Source: an uncultured delta proteobacterium (GTDB lineage Bacteria; Myxococcota; Myxococcia; Myxococcales; Anaeromyxobacteraceae). From it: a stretch of DNA of 64,000 bases. The stretch lies in the NCBI GenBank assembly GCA_963828255.1, contig CAWHDZ010000031.1, forward strand, positions 32,001 to 96,000, in the 5' to 3' direction. The notes below the pieces were generated by a model. That model saw only the letters and a program-made list of their open reading frames with translations. It did not search any database and was not told the origin of the DNA. How positions within the stretch are numbered: the stretch's first letter is position 1; each line of letters opens with the position of its first letter. Made by a program: the position numbers and the translations under genes. Below, piece by piece: positions 54,693 through 64,000 of this stretch.

Positions 54693-55817
54693 TCAGGCCG
54701 CCCGCAACTCCACCACGCCCCGCTCGACGAAGCCGCGGAAGGCCTTCAGCACCTCCAGCTCGTCGAGGGGAGCGACCTGGGCGATCTGCCCGAGCGCGCG
54801 ACGCCCGTCGCAGCGGGAGAGCAGGTACTTCTGCGAGGCGTCGAGGCCGAGGCCTGCGATCTCGCCCGCGGAGAGCCGGACCACCGGGATGGCCCGCCGG
54901 TCGAGCGAGGCGCGGAGGGACGCCCCCAGCGCCTCCCGCGCCGAAGAGAGCGCCTTGCGCGCGTCGTCGGAGGAGGGCGCCGCGCCCAGCGCCCGCGCCG
55001 CCGCCAGCTCCGCCTCGGCCGGGCGACCCTCGGCGAGCAGCCGCGCCGATTCCTCGAGCACCGCGCCCACCTGCTCGGCGTCCTCCAGGACCGCGTCCTC
55101 GATGATCTCGATGTCGGCGGCGGTCACGACCCCCTGGCGCGCCAGGGCGTAGAGCCGCTGGTAGAGGTGGAACTCGGTGGCGTGGAGCGCGAGACCGATC
55201 TCGTCGATGGTGCGGCCGCTTGAGGCCAGCATGAGGAGCTTGCCGTCGATGGTGCCCTCGCCTGCGCTGGCGGGGATCCGCGACTCGTCCACGATCAGGG
55301 TGGCGCCGCTGCTGGGGAACTGGGACAGGAAGGCGTCCCAGGCCGTGGCCCGGAACTCGGCCTCCTTGAGGATGTCGGGGAGCGGCACCGAGACGGCCAG
55401 CTCGTCCTCGGTGGCGGCGGGAGGCTCCTCGTCCACGCGGAACACGCCCGACTCCCAGCGGAAGACGTCGAGCAGCGTCTCGCGGATCTTGATGGAGAGC
55501 GATTCGCGGAGGACCCGCGGCTGGACGAGCCCCACCATGGCGAGCACCTTGCCGAGCCGGATGCGGGTCTCCTGCTGGGTGCGGAAGGCCTTGGCGAGCT
55601 GCTCCTCGTCGATGTGGCCGAAGTTGATGAGCAGCTGCCCCAGGAACTCGCGCGGGTCGGTGGAGGCCGCGCCGACCGCGTTTCCTTCGCGCAGGTAGAC
55701 GGTCTTGCGGACCGCGCCGCGCTCGCAGGTCAGGGAGCCGGTCACCGTGCGGCGCCCCAGGAACTCCACGAGCTCCGGGAGCGGCATGAACGACAGGCTG
55801 CCCGCGAGGCCACGCAC
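54693..55817 (-). CDS. DUF4388-domain protein (GspE-N-like segment, TPR-like)
   Basis: [18 protein letters not shown]...[19 protein letters not shown]. Confidence 0.8.
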   Translation of the reverse strand: MRGLAGSLSFMPLPELVEFLGRRTVTGSLTCERGAVRKTVYLREGNAVGAASTDPREFLGQLLINFGHIDEEQLAKAFRTQQETRIRLGKVLAMVGLVQPRVLRESLSIKIRETLLDVFRWESGVFRVDEEPPAATEDELAVSVPLPDILKEAEFRATAWDAFLSQFPSSGATLIVDESRIPASAGEGTIDGKLLMLASSGRTIDEIGLALHATEFHLYQRLYALARQGVVTAADIEIIEDAVLEDAEQVGAVLEESARLLAEGRPAEAELAAARALGAAPSSDDARKALSSAREALGASLRASLDRRAIPVVRLSAGEIAGLGLDASQKYLLSRCDGRRALGQIAQVAPLDELEVLKAFRGFVERGVVELRAA

Positions 55818-55882
55818 GCGGACGAGTTTCCCCGGAAAGAGCCGTGGCGGCAAGGAACGGACCGGGGTATGACCGGCGGCGC

Positions 55883-56518
55883 ATGGACGCCGCCGAGCAG
55901 AAGACCCCCGGGAAGAGCGGGAAGCGCACACCCGTCGTCGCCGCCGTCGCCCTCTTCGTCGCGGTGGCTGCCGGCTGGACCGGCTGGCAGCTCTGGGTCG
56001 AGGGACCGCGCCAGGCCGCGCTGGCCCGGGAGAAGGCCTTCGCCGTGACGCCGGTCGCCCGCCCGGCGCCCGCGCCGCCCGTCCTCGGCACGACCGCAGA
56101 CGGCACGCCGTTCACCCTGGCCGAGGCGCGAGGCCAGGTGGTCTTCGTGAACTTCTGGGCCACCTGGTGCCCACCCTGCCGGGAGGAGATGCCCTCCATG
56201 CTCCAGCTCGGGCGCGACCTCTCGGCGCGCCACCCCGGGAAGTTCCGGATGGTGGCGGTCACGGTGGACGACGGCTGGCCGGAGGTGATGCAGTTCTTCG
56301 GCGGTCGCCTCCCCTCCGGGATCGACGTCGTCCACGACCCCGAACAGAAGGCGACCCGGGATTACTTCTGCCTGGCGCGGGGCGCCTGCCCGGATTCCTT
56401 CAAGTTCCCGGAGACCTACGTCGTGGACGCTTCCGGGAAGCTCGTCTCCTACGTCGTCGGCCCCCGGGACTGGAACGATCCCGCCGCGCGGGCCTTCCTG
56501 GAGCGGCTGATTCCCTAG
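55883..56518 (+). CDS. TlpA/ResA-family disulfide reductase
   Basis: [25 protein letters not shown]-terminal TM. Confidence 0.92.
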   Translation: MDAAEQKTPGKSGKRTPVVAAVALFVAVAAGWTGWQLWVEGPRQAALAREKAFAVTPVARPAPAPPVLGTTADGTPFTLAEARGQVVFVNFWATWCPPCREEMPSMLQLGRDLSARHPGKFRMVAVTVDDGWPEVMQFFGGRLPSGIDVVHDPEQKATRDYFCLARGACPDSFKFPETYVVDASGKLVSYVVGPRDWNDPAARAFLERLIP

Positions 56519-56771
56519 GGACATCGCCGGGCCAGGCCGGACGGCTCCGACGCCCCACCAGGGTCTGGCGCTGCGGCGCCGGAAACGCTTCTCTGTAAAT
56601 GTTTGATTTCGCTATAATTTTCCAGATACGCGCATCCGCTGTCCTGCTCGGCCCGCCGGAAATTCACCCCCCGCGAACCGATCCTGTTGAAGGCTCTTGG
56701 AGTGATGCCATATAACTATCTGGATTTCCGTGAAATCTCGGCATTCCGGACCTGTGGAACGCGGAGGGAAC

Positions 56772-57758
56772 GTGGCGAAGGAAGCGACGGGCATCCCGGT
56801 CGTTGTGGCGGGCCTCGGCGAGGTCGGCCGCGCCATCGTGCGCGCGGTCCTCTCCTCCGCCGACCTGACGCTGGTCGGGGCGGTCGATCCCTCCTTCGCG
56901 AGGCAGGAGCTCGACGCGCTCGTCGGGCTGCCCACCGGTCTCGAGGTCGAGGCCGACCCGGCCCGGTCCTTCCGCGCCGCCCGCGGAGGGGTCCTCCTCC
57001 TCGCCACCTCCTCCCGGTTCCTCGAGGTGCTCCCGGCCATCGAGCAGGCGGTCCGCGCGGGACTCTCGGTCGTCTCCACGTGCGAGGAGCTCGGCTACCC
57101 CTGGCTCGCGCACGAGGCTGAGGCCGACGCCCTCGACGCGCTCTGCGAGAAGAACGACGTGGCCGTGGTCGCCGCCGGCGTGAACCCGGGGCTGGCGCTC
57201 GACCGGCTGCCGGCGCTCCTCTCCCAGGGCACCGGTGCGGTGCGCCGCCTCGAGGCCAGGCGCGTCGTCGATCTCTCCGGCGGGCGCGAGGCGCTCTGGC
57301 GGAAGGCCGGCGTCGGCCTCACCCCGGCCGAGTTCCAGAGGGCCGTGGAGGTGGACGCCATCGGCCACGTCGGGCTTGCCGAGTCGGCGACGCTGGCGGC
57401 GCTGGGCTGCGGCCTCGACCTCGACGAGCTCGAGGAGGAGGCCGAGCCGGTGCTGGCGACCCGCGACCTGGCCGGCGCGATGCTGGTGCAGAAGGGCGGC
57501 GTGGCGGGCATCCGGCAGGTCGCCCGCGGCTGGCAGGAGGGGCGCGAGGTGGTCCGGCTGGAGGTGGTGCTGGCGGTCGGCGCGGAGGACCCGCGCGACG
57601 AGGTCCGGATCGAGGCCGACCCGCCGCTCCGGCTCGTCGTCCCCGGCGGCTTCCCCGGCGAGGCCTCGACCGCCTGGTCGGTGGTCCACGCGGCCGCCGC
57701 CATTCCCCTGCTGCAGGGGCTCGTCACGGTGCTCGACCTCCCCCCGGGGCGGTCCTGA
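56772..57758 (+). CDS. NAD(P)-dependent amine dehydrogenase / 2,4-diaminopentanoate dehydrogenase-like protein
   Basis: GLGEVG Rossmann motif, VVSTCEELGYP, GVNPG, GHVGLAES. Confidence 0.75.
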   Translation: MAKEATGIPVVVAGLGEVGRAIVRAVLSSADLTLVGAVDPSFARQELDALVGLPTGLEVEADPARSFRAARGGVLLLATSSRFLEVLPAIEQAVRAGLSVVSTCEELGYPWLAHEAEADALDALCEKNDVAVVAAGVNPGLALDRLPALLSQGTGAVRRLEARRVVDLSGGREALWRKAGVGLTPAEFQRAVEVDAIGHVGLAESATLAALGCGLDLDELEEEAEPVLATRDLAGAMLVQKGGVAGIRQVARGWQEGREVVRLEVVLAVGAEDPRDEVRIEADPPLRLVVPGGFPGEASTAWSVVHAAAAIPLLQGLVTVLDLPPGRS

Positions 57759-57769
57759 GCGAGGTGCGC

Positions 57770-58207
57770 ATGCTCGACAAGACCCTCATCGGACGGGAGA
57801 GCGAGTCCACCATGGTCGAGGTGGAGAGGGGCGCCATCCGGCGCCTCGCCGACGCCGTCGGCGACGCCAACCCCATCCACACCGACGAGGCGGCGGCCCG
57901 GTCGGCCGGCTTCGCCTCCCTGGTGGCGCCGCTGACCTTCCCGGGGGTGCTCGCCCAGAACGAGCGCTTCCGCCACTCCCTCGACCTGGGCACGCGGTCG
58001 CTCCTGCTCGGCGAGGAGTCCATCGAGTACGGGCGCCCCATCGTCGCCGGTGATCGACTCACGGTGAAAACGAAGGTGGCCGACGTCCAGGAGCGCGCCG
58101 GGACCAGCGGCGCCACCGACGTCCTGATCCTCGAGACCGAGGGGCGCGGAGCCGAGGGCGAGTTCGTCTTCCGCACGCGCGAGACCTACATCCTGCGGCG
58201 CGGCTAG
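57770..58207 (+). CDS. MaoC dehydratase N-terminal-like (hot-dog) protein
   Basis: VERGAIRRLADAVGD.NPI, APLTF, Y.RPI.AGD. Confidence 0.85.
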   Translation: MLDKTLIGRESESTMVEVERGAIRRLADAVGDANPIHTDEAAARSAGFASLVAPLTFPGVLAQNERFRHSLDLGTRSLLLGEESIEYGRPIVAGDRLTVKTKVADVQERAGTSGATDVLILETEGRGAEGEFVFRTRETYILRRG

Positions 58208-58220
58208 GAAGGGGAACCCT

Positions 58221-59048
58221 GTGCTCCTGGCACGGCAGCTCTACTTCGAGGCGGTCAAGGTCGGCGACGAGCTCCCGCCGCTGGTGAAGCCGCCGGTGGA
58301 TCGCTCACAGGTCGCCCGCTTCTGCGGGGCCGCCGGGGACTACGGCCCGCTCCACGTGGACGAGCCCTTCGCGCGGAACGCCGGCTTCCCCAGCGTCCTC
58401 GTCCCGGGGATGCTCGCCATGGGCTTCCTGGGCGAGCTGGTGACCGACTGGCTGCGCGGGGCGCGGGTCCGGCGCTTCGGTGCACGGTTCGTGAAGATCG
58501 TCTGGCCCGGCGACGTGGTGACGGTGCGCGGCCGCGTGGTCGACCGGCGCTTCGAGGCCGGGGGGCGCTACGCGGTGGACATCGAGGTCTGGGGCGAGAA
58601 CCAGCGCGGGGAGCTGGTGGTGCGGGGCGCGGTGACGGCCCAGCTCTTCTACAGCGGCGACGACGAGACGCGGCAGCGCGGCGGCCAGCCGCCCCTCGTG
58701 GTGACTCCGGCCGAGGAGGAGGAGCGGCTCGCCAAGCTCTCCCGCAGCACCGCGCCGGCGCGACCGGCGGTGGGAACGCGCCCGGCCGCCGCCCCGGCGA
58801 AGGTCCAGCCAGCGAAGGTCCAGCCGGCGAAGCCCGCGGCCGTGGCGCAGAAGAGCGCGCCCCCGGGGCCGGCGCAGCAGAAGGTCCCGCCCCGGCCGGA
58901 GCCGGGGCCCGTCGCGAAGGCGGCACCGAAGGCGGCACCGAAGGCCGTCGCGAAGCCCACGAAGAAGGCACCCGTCAAGAAGGCTCCGGCGGGGAATCCC
59001 GCCCCGAAGAAGGCCGTCGCGAAGACGAAGGCCGGCAAGCGGCGCTGA
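58221..59048 (+). CDS. MaoC-family dehydratase with Lys/Ala/Pro-rich tail
   Basis: GDYGPLHVD..FA, PGMLAMG, F.K.VWPGD. Confidence 0.87.
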   Translation: MLLARQLYFEAVKVGDELPPLVKPPVDRSQVARFCGAAGDYGPLHVDEPFARNAGFPSVLVPGMLAMGFLGELVTDWLRGARVRRFGARFVKIVWPGDVVTVRGRVVDRRFEAGGRYAVDIEVWGENQRGELVVRGAVTAQLFYSGDDETRQRGGQPPLVVTPAEEEERLAKLSRSTAPARPAVGTRPAAAPAKVQPAKVQPAKPAAVAQKSAPPGPAQQKVPPRPEPGPVAKAAPKAAPKAVAKPTKKAPVKKAPAGNPAPKKAVAKTKAGKRR

Positions 59049-59869
59049 TGCTGCTCCTCGCGCTCGCCCTGCTCGGCGCGACCGCTGCGCCCGCGCCCCC
59101 GCAGCCCCACGGCGCCACCAGCCGGGCCGCCCGGATCGCGCGGGGAGACCTTGCGTTCGCCGAGCGCGGAGACCCGTCGCGCCTCGCCGAGGCCATCGCC
59201 GAGTGGACCGGCGCCGCCGAGCCCCACCGGCCGGACGACCCCGCCGTCGAGCTCCGCCTGGCCCGGGCCGAGGCCTTCCGGGCCCTGGCGGATCCCGCCT
59301 CGGCCGGCGCCGCCTGGGTCGCCTCCTCGCGCGCGGCCGAGCGTGCCCTGCGCCGCCTCTCGCCCGCATGGGTCGAGGCCGTGGAGAAGGGGGACCTCGT
59401 CGGCGCGCCCTCCCGTGTCGGGACGGAGGGGGCCGAGGCCCTCTACTGGCTGGCGCTCGCCACCTGGTCCTCGGCGCGCGAGAAGGGGCTCCCGGCGCTG
59501 CTCGCCGTGAAGGACCCGGCGCTCGCCGCGATGGAACGCGCCGCCTCGCTCGCCGGGGCGGTGGACTGCGGGGGCCCGCACCGTGCGCTGGGCGCCTGGG
59601 CCGCGTCGCTGCCGGCGGCGGTGGGTGGCGGCGTGGCCCGCTCGCGACGCCACCTCGAGCAGGCCCGCGCGCTCGGCCCGGGCTGCCTCCTCACCCCGGT
59701 CGCCGAGGCCGGTTCGCTCCTCGTCCTGCTCCAGGACAGGGCCGCCTTCGAACGGATGCTCGCCGAGGTGGAGGGGGCAGGGGACGCCGATCCGCGCTGG
59801 GCGCCCGAGAACGAGGTGGCGCGTCGCCAGGCCAGGGAACTCCGGGCGCGCGCCGCCCGGCTATTCTGA
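59048..59869 (+). CDS. TatT-like (TRAP T-component) helical protein
   Basis: Signal peptide; ALYW, GG...SRRHLEQA, QDRAAF..ML, PENEVARRQA...LF. Confidence 0.6.
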   Translation: MLLLALALLGATAAPAPPQPHGATSRAARIARGDLAFAERGDPSRLAEAIAEWTGAAEPHRPDDPAVELRLARAEAFRALADPASAGAAWVASSRAAERALRRLSPAWVEAVEKGDLVGAPSRVGTEGAEALYWLALATWSSAREKGLPALLAVKDPALAAMERAASLAGAVDCGGPHRALGAWAASLPAAVGGGVARSRRHLEQARALGPGCLLTPVAEAGSLLVLLQDRAAFERMLAEVEGAGDADPRWAPENEVARRQARELRARAARLF

Positions 59870-59890
59870 ACCACGAGAGGGAGAAGGCAC

Positions 59891-60262
59891 ATGGCAGACC
59901 AGATCCGGGACAGCGAGAAGAGCCCGTCCGCGGCGCCCCCGACGCCCAGGGCGGACAAGGGGGGGCTCGCGGCGGCGATGGTGTGGATGCTCGTGCTCTC
60001 GCTGCTCCTCTTCTGGGTGCCGGTGCTGGGGATGTTCATCGCCGGACTGATCGGAGGGCGGAAGGCCGGGAGCGTGGGCACCGCCATCGCCGCGGTCCTG
60101 TTGCCGGCGCTGGTGGTGGCGGTGGTGATGTTCTTCATGGCGACCGCGCTCACCGGGATGCCCGTCCTGGGCGCCATCGCGGGGTTCGGGGCAGGGGTGC
60201 TCGTGGTGGCGAACGTGGTGCCGCTCCTCGTCGGGGCGGTCGTGGGCGGCATCCTGGCGTAG
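59891..60262 (+). CDS. Small membrane protein
   Basis: Gly-rich hydrophobic helices; GAGGGAG RBS. Confidence 0.7.
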   Translation: MADQIRDSEKSPSAAPPTPRADKGGLAAAMVWMLVLSLLLFWVPVLGMFIAGLIGGRKAGSVGTAIAAVLLPALVVAVVMFFMATALTGMPVLGAIAGFGAGVLVVANVVPLLVGAVVGGILA

Positions 60263-60271
60263 GGTGTCGCC

Positions 60272-61447
60272 ATGAGCGAGCCGAAGCTGGGGACGCTGGC
60301 GGTCCACGCCGGCGAGGGCGAGACCCTCTCCGTCCCCTCCACCACCACCCCCGTCTACCAGGCCACCACCTACCGCTTCGAGAGCGCCGCCGACGCCGCC
60401 GCCTACCTCGACGCCCCGGAGGGGCGCTGGCTCTACGCGCGCCTGGAGAACCCCACCGTGGTCGCGGCCGAGCGGAAGATCGCCGCCCTCGAGGGGGCCG
60501 AGGCCGCGGCCTGCTTCTCCTCCGGGATGGCCGCCCTCACCGCGGCGCTCCTCTCCTCGCTGCGGGCCGGGGACGCGCTGCTCCTCTGCGACACCATCTA
60601 CGGGCAGACCACGCGGCTGGCGCGGGACGTGCTCGAGCGCTTCGGCGTCGAGATCCGCGTCGTCCCCTTCGACGGGCTGGCCGCGGCGGTGGCGGCCGCG
60701 CCGGGGAACGCCCGGGCGCTGGTCTTCGAGAGCCCCACCAACCCCATGCTGCGCGTCGCCGACGTCCCGGCCGTGGCGGCGGCCTGCCGGGCGCGCGGGA
60801 TCCGCACCGTCTTCGACGCCACCTTCGCCTCGCCCGTGAACCTCCGTGCCATTTCACTCGGAGTGGACCTGGTGGTCCACAGCACCACCAAGTTCCTGAA
60901 CGGCCACTCCGACCACCTGGGCGGGGTGGTGGCCGGGTCGCGCGCGCTCCTGGCCGGGGTCCTCGCCATGCGCCGCTCCACCGGCGGGAACCTGGACGCC
61001 GCGGCGGCCTACGACCTGCTGCGCGGCCTGAAGACCCTGGAGATCCGGGTCCTGCGCCAGAACGACACCGCGCTGCGCCTGGCCCGGGCGCTGGAAGGGC
61101 ACCCCCGGGTGGAACGGGTGGACTACCCGTTCCTGGAGTCCCACCCCGATCACGCCATGGCCCGGCGGCTCCTGCGCGGCGGGGGCGGGGTCCTGTCTTT
61201 CACCGTCCGTGGAGGGTACGAGGCCGTGGCCCGGGTGCACGACGCGCTGCGGCTGGTGGCCCGGGCCAGCTCGCTGGGCGGGGTGGAGAGCCTGGCCTCC
61301 ATCCCCGTCATCTCCTCCCACCGCAACGCCACCGACGCCGAGCTCCTCGCCCAGCGGATCGGGCGTGGCACGCTCCGGGTCTCGGTCGGCCTGGAGGACC
61401 CGGACGACCTCCTGGCCGACCTGCTCCAGGCGCTGGAGCGGGCGTGA
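60272..61447 (+). CDS. Cys/Met metabolism PLP-dependent enzyme (cystathionine gamma-synthase/lyase family)
   Basis: YARLENPT, FSSGMAA, ESPTNP, DATFASP, HSTTKFLNGHSD, SLGGVESL, RVSVGLED. Confidence 0.93.
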   Translation: MSEPKLGTLAVHAGEGETLSVPSTTTPVYQATTYRFESAADAAAYLDAPEGRWLYARLENPTVVAAERKIAALEGAEAAACFSSGMAALTAALLSSLRAGDALLLCDTIYGQTTRLARDVLERFGVEIRVVPFDGLAAAVAAAPGNARALVFESPTNPMLRVADVPAVAAACRARGIRTVFDATFASPVNLRAISLGVDLVVHSTTKFLNGHSDHLGGVVAGSRALLAGVLAMRRSTGGNLDAAAAYDLLRGLKTLEIRVLRQNDTALRLARALEGHPRVERVDYPFLESHPDHAMARRLLRGGGGVLSFTVRGGYEAVARVHDALRLVARASSLGGVESLASIPVISSHRNATDAELLAQRIGRGTLRVSVGLEDPDDLLADLLQALERA

Positions 61448-62277
61448 CCAGGAGACCCCTCCTGGCGGCGGGGGTGGCCGTTGCCGCCGCCGCGCTCCTC
61501 ACGGGCTGCGTCCGGGCGCCGCCCCCCGACCTCTCCCGCGACCCCGCCCCGCTCCTCGCGCAGGTCCGGGCGGCACAGGAGCGCGTCACCTCCTGCCGCG
61601 GCTCGGCGCGCCTCTCGATCTCCTCGCCCGACCTCTCCGGCTCGCTCGATGCCTGGGTCGCCGCCGAGAGCCCTGGCCGGCTCCGGGTGGAGGTCTTCGA
61701 CTTCTTCGGGAACCCGGCGGCGGTGCTGGTCGCCGGCGGCGGCCGCTTCGCCCTGCTCGACGCGCGGGCCGGGACGCTTCACCGCGGCGCGGACACGCCC
61801 GAGAACCTGTCGCGGCTCCTCCCGGTGCCGCTCGGCGCCCGCGAGCTGGCCCGCGTGGTCTGCGGCAGCGTGCCCCTCCTCGACGGGCGGGCGGTGGCCG
61901 CCGAGCCGGGGGACGGCGTGGTGCTGCTCGAGATCGCCGGTGCCGGTGGGCGGCAGGTCCTGGCGGTGGGCGACGGCGCCTCGATCGTCACCGCGAGCCA
62001 GCTGCCCGGCGTCCGGGGCGGGACTCCCTGGAGGGCCGCCTTCTCCGTCTTCCGGCACCCGGGCGGCCGCCGCTTCCCCACCGAGGTGGAACTGCGCGGC
62101 GGCGGCGCGGAGATCGGGCTGCGCTGGAGGGACGATCTCGAGGTGAACGGCGCGCCCGACGAGCCCCTCTTCACGCTCGATCCCCCGCGCGGCGTCCGGG
62201 TGATCGACCTCGAGCCGGGAGCGCCTCCGCCCCCGCTCGCGTTGCCGATCCGTCCCGCGCCCCCTGGCCAGCGATGA
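61444..62277 (+). CDS. Lipoprotein, DUF4292 / LolA-LolB-like fold
   Basis: Lipobox LTGC; PGRLRVEV.DFFG; F.L.PP.GV.VIDL. Confidence 0.65.
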   Translation: MTRRPLLAAGVAVAAAALLTGCVRAPPPDLSRDPAPLLAQVRAAQERVTSCRGSARLSISSPDLSGSLDAWVAAESPGRLRVEVFDFFGNPAAVLVAGGGRFALLDARAGTLHRGADTPENLSRLLPVPLGARELARVVCGSVPLLDGRAVAAEPGDGVVLLEIAGAGGRQVLAVGDGASIVTASQLPGVRGGTPWRAAFSVFRHPGGRRFPTEVELRGGGAEIGLRWRDDLEVNGAPDEPLFTLDPPRGVRVIDLEPGAPPPPLALPIRPAPPGQR

Positions 62278-62380
62278 CCCGGGGATCCGGGAACACCGGG
62301 GCCCCCCGGGCGGTTCGCCTTGAATCCACCGGGAAATCGGCTAGCTTTTCCCCTCCCCGGACCCCGAAAGGCGCGCAGAC

Positions 62381-63040
62381 GTGAACATGGAACTCCTCAC
62401 GGTCCTCAAGACCGGTGGTGTCGCGATGTGGATCATCGCGCTCTTCTCGGTCCTGGCCGTGGCCGTCGCGGTCGAGCGGGTCCTCGCGCTCTGGCGCTTC
62501 ACCGACAACGCCCGCAGCCTGGCCGACGCGGTGACCCGCTCGCTTCTCCGCGGCGACGCCGAGGACGCCCGCGCCCAGGCCGAGCGCTCCACCTCGCCCG
62601 CCGCGGAGGTCTTCCTGGCCGCCCTCGTGCCCACGCCTCCGGGCAAGCGGCCGGCCACCGACGCCCGGATCGAGGCCGCGGTGGAGAGGCAGCGGCAGGA
62701 GGCCAACCAGAAGCTCAGGGCCCGACTCTGGATCCTCGGGACCATCGGCGCCACCGCCCCCTTCATCGGCCTCTTCGGAACCGTGGTCGGCATCATGCGC
62801 GCCTTCCACCAGATGGGCGTGACCGGCCAGGGCGGCTTCAGCGTGGTCGCCGCCGGCATCTCCGAGGCCCTCATCACCACCGCCGGCGGCATCGCGGTGG
62901 CCATCGAGGCGGTCATCCTCTACAACATGCTGAACGTCCTTGCCGGACGGCTGCAGCTCCAGCTCAAGCTCCTCACCGAGGAGTTCCTGGAGATCGTGAA
63001 GGAAGTCCGCGCCGGTCCCGCCGGAACCCAGGAGCCCTGA
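62381..63040 (+). CDS. MotA/TolQ/ExbB proton channel protein
   Basis: LGTIGATAPFIGLFGTVVGIM, GISEALITTAGG. Confidence 0.94.
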   Translation: MNMELLTVLKTGGVAMWIIALFSVLAVAVAVERVLALWRFTDNARSLADAVTRSLLRGDAEDARAQAERSTSPAAEVFLAALVPTPPGKRPATDARIEAAVERQRQEANQKLRARLWILGTIGATAPFIGLFGTVVGIMRAFHQMGVTGQGGFSVVAAGISEALITTAGGIAVAIEAVILYNMLNVLAGRLQLQLKLLTEEFLEIVKEVRAGPAGTQEP

Positions 63041-63041
63041 C

Positions 63042-63491
63042 ATGTCGATGAACACACCCGAGGACGAGGGCGGCACCGGGACGGGCGCGGGGATCTTCGC
63101 CGACATCAACATCACCCCGCTCACCGACATCTTCCTCGTCCTCCTCATCATCTTCATGGTGACCACCACCGCCATCGCCGAGGCGGGCGGGCAGAACGGC
63201 GGGATCAAGGTCAGCCTCCCCAAGGGAGGCCAGGCCAACGCCGTGAAGGAGGTCCACGACCTCGCCATCGCCGTCCTCTCCGACGGCCGGGTCGTGGTGC
63301 AGGGCAAGGTGGTGGATCAGGACGCGCTGAAGAAGGTCCTCGAGAAGGCCCGCGCCGAGAACCCGGAGACCCTGGTGCTCGTGCAGGCCGACGAAGGGGT
63401 GGCCCACGGCAAGGTCGTGGCCGTGATGGACATGGCCCGGCGCGAGGGGCTGCCGCGCCTGGCCATCGCCACCCGCGCCGACGCACCCTGA
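63042..63491 (+). CDS. ExbD/TolR family protein
   Basis: INITPLTDIFLVLLIIFMVT, AD..V.HG.VV.VMD. Confidence 0.94.
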   Translation: MSMNTPEDEGGTGTGAGIFADINITPLTDIFLVLLIIFMVTTTAIAEAGGQNGGIKVSLPKGGQANAVKEVHDLAIAVLSDGRVVVQGKVVDQDALKKVLEKARAENPETLVLVQADEGVAHGKVVAVMDMARREGLPRLAIATRADAP

Positions 63492-63559
63492 TCGGTCGGA
63501 CGGACTCCCCGTGGGGGCGGCGGCTCGACCCGGGCCGCGCGTCCGGGTACAGTCCAAGC

Positions 63560-64000
63560 GTGGCGAATCCACAGAGAAAGCGCCTCGGCGAGATCCTGCT
63601 CGAAGCCGGGACCATCGACGGCACGCAGCTCCAGGCGGCCCTCGGCCACCAGCGCCGGTGGGGTGGAAGGCTCGGCCAGGCGCTCATCGACCTCAAGATG
63701 GCCAGCGAGGAGCAGATCGTCTCCACGCTGGCCGCCAAGATGGGGTTCGAGCGGGCCCCGGTCGAGTCGATCGAGTTCGGCCCCGGGCTCGAGCTGGCGC
63801 TGCGCCTCGTGCCCCACGAGTTCGCCGAGCGCAACCAGCTCCTCCCCTTCGCAGCCGACGCGGCGAGCCTGTGGGTCGCCATGGCCGACCCCACCAACAT
63901 GGGGGTCATCGACGAGCTGGCCTTCCGCACCGGCCGCAACGTCAAGCTCTCCATCGCCGGCGACCGCGAGATCGCGCGCGCCATCCGCCGCCTCTACCTG
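63560..64000 (+). CDS. MshEN / GspE-N domain protein (partial, runs off window)
   Basis: MANPQRKRLGEILLEAGTIDGTQLQAALGHQRRWGGRLGQAL (tandem RLG motifs), then VAMADP. Confidence 0.85.
   Translation, partial: MANPQRKRLGEILLEAGTIDGTQLQAALGHQRRWGGRLGQALIDLKMASEEQIVSTLAAKMGFERAPVESIEFGPGLELALRLVPHEFAERNQLLPFAADAASLWVAMADPTNMGVIDELAFRTGRNVKLSIAGDREIARAIRRLYL

Overview
A very GC-rich bacterial chromosome segment. Gene content suggests Myxococcota, probably Anaeromyxobacter-like (TIGR04551-type barrel, DUF4388 protein, MshEN protein, tandem-DsbA protein); this is an inference. Most of it is housekeeping: argH-lptM-lysA-dapA-dapB-FAH-folK, kdsD, transaldolase, two tandem DAHP synthases, a panD-trpEGDCFBA operon, tusA with a tRNA thiolase-like gene, ppdK, a MaoC pair, a Cys/Met PLP enzyme and exbBD. 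Bases 1-3272 repeat 6405-9676 (period 6404 bp), and the junction truncates one copy of an ScfR/PrpR/RamB-type regulator. A ~7.9 kb accessory patch (29173-37044) holds pseudogene fragments, a decayed IS5-family element and an atypical two-component system. Top candidate novel system: the N-terminal part of trpE has no in-frame ATG/GTG/TTG start. The ATG overlapping the panD stop opens only ATG ACG GTG TTT CTT TGG CGC TGA (MTVFLWR*). A +1 shift at CTT-TGG, which mirrors the prfB CTT-TGA cassette with a Trp codon in place of the stop, joins it to the trpE frame. This suggests tryptophan-starvation-sensing programmed ribosomal frameshifting that gates a translationally coupled trp operon. No database searches were run, and an assembly indel has not been excluded.
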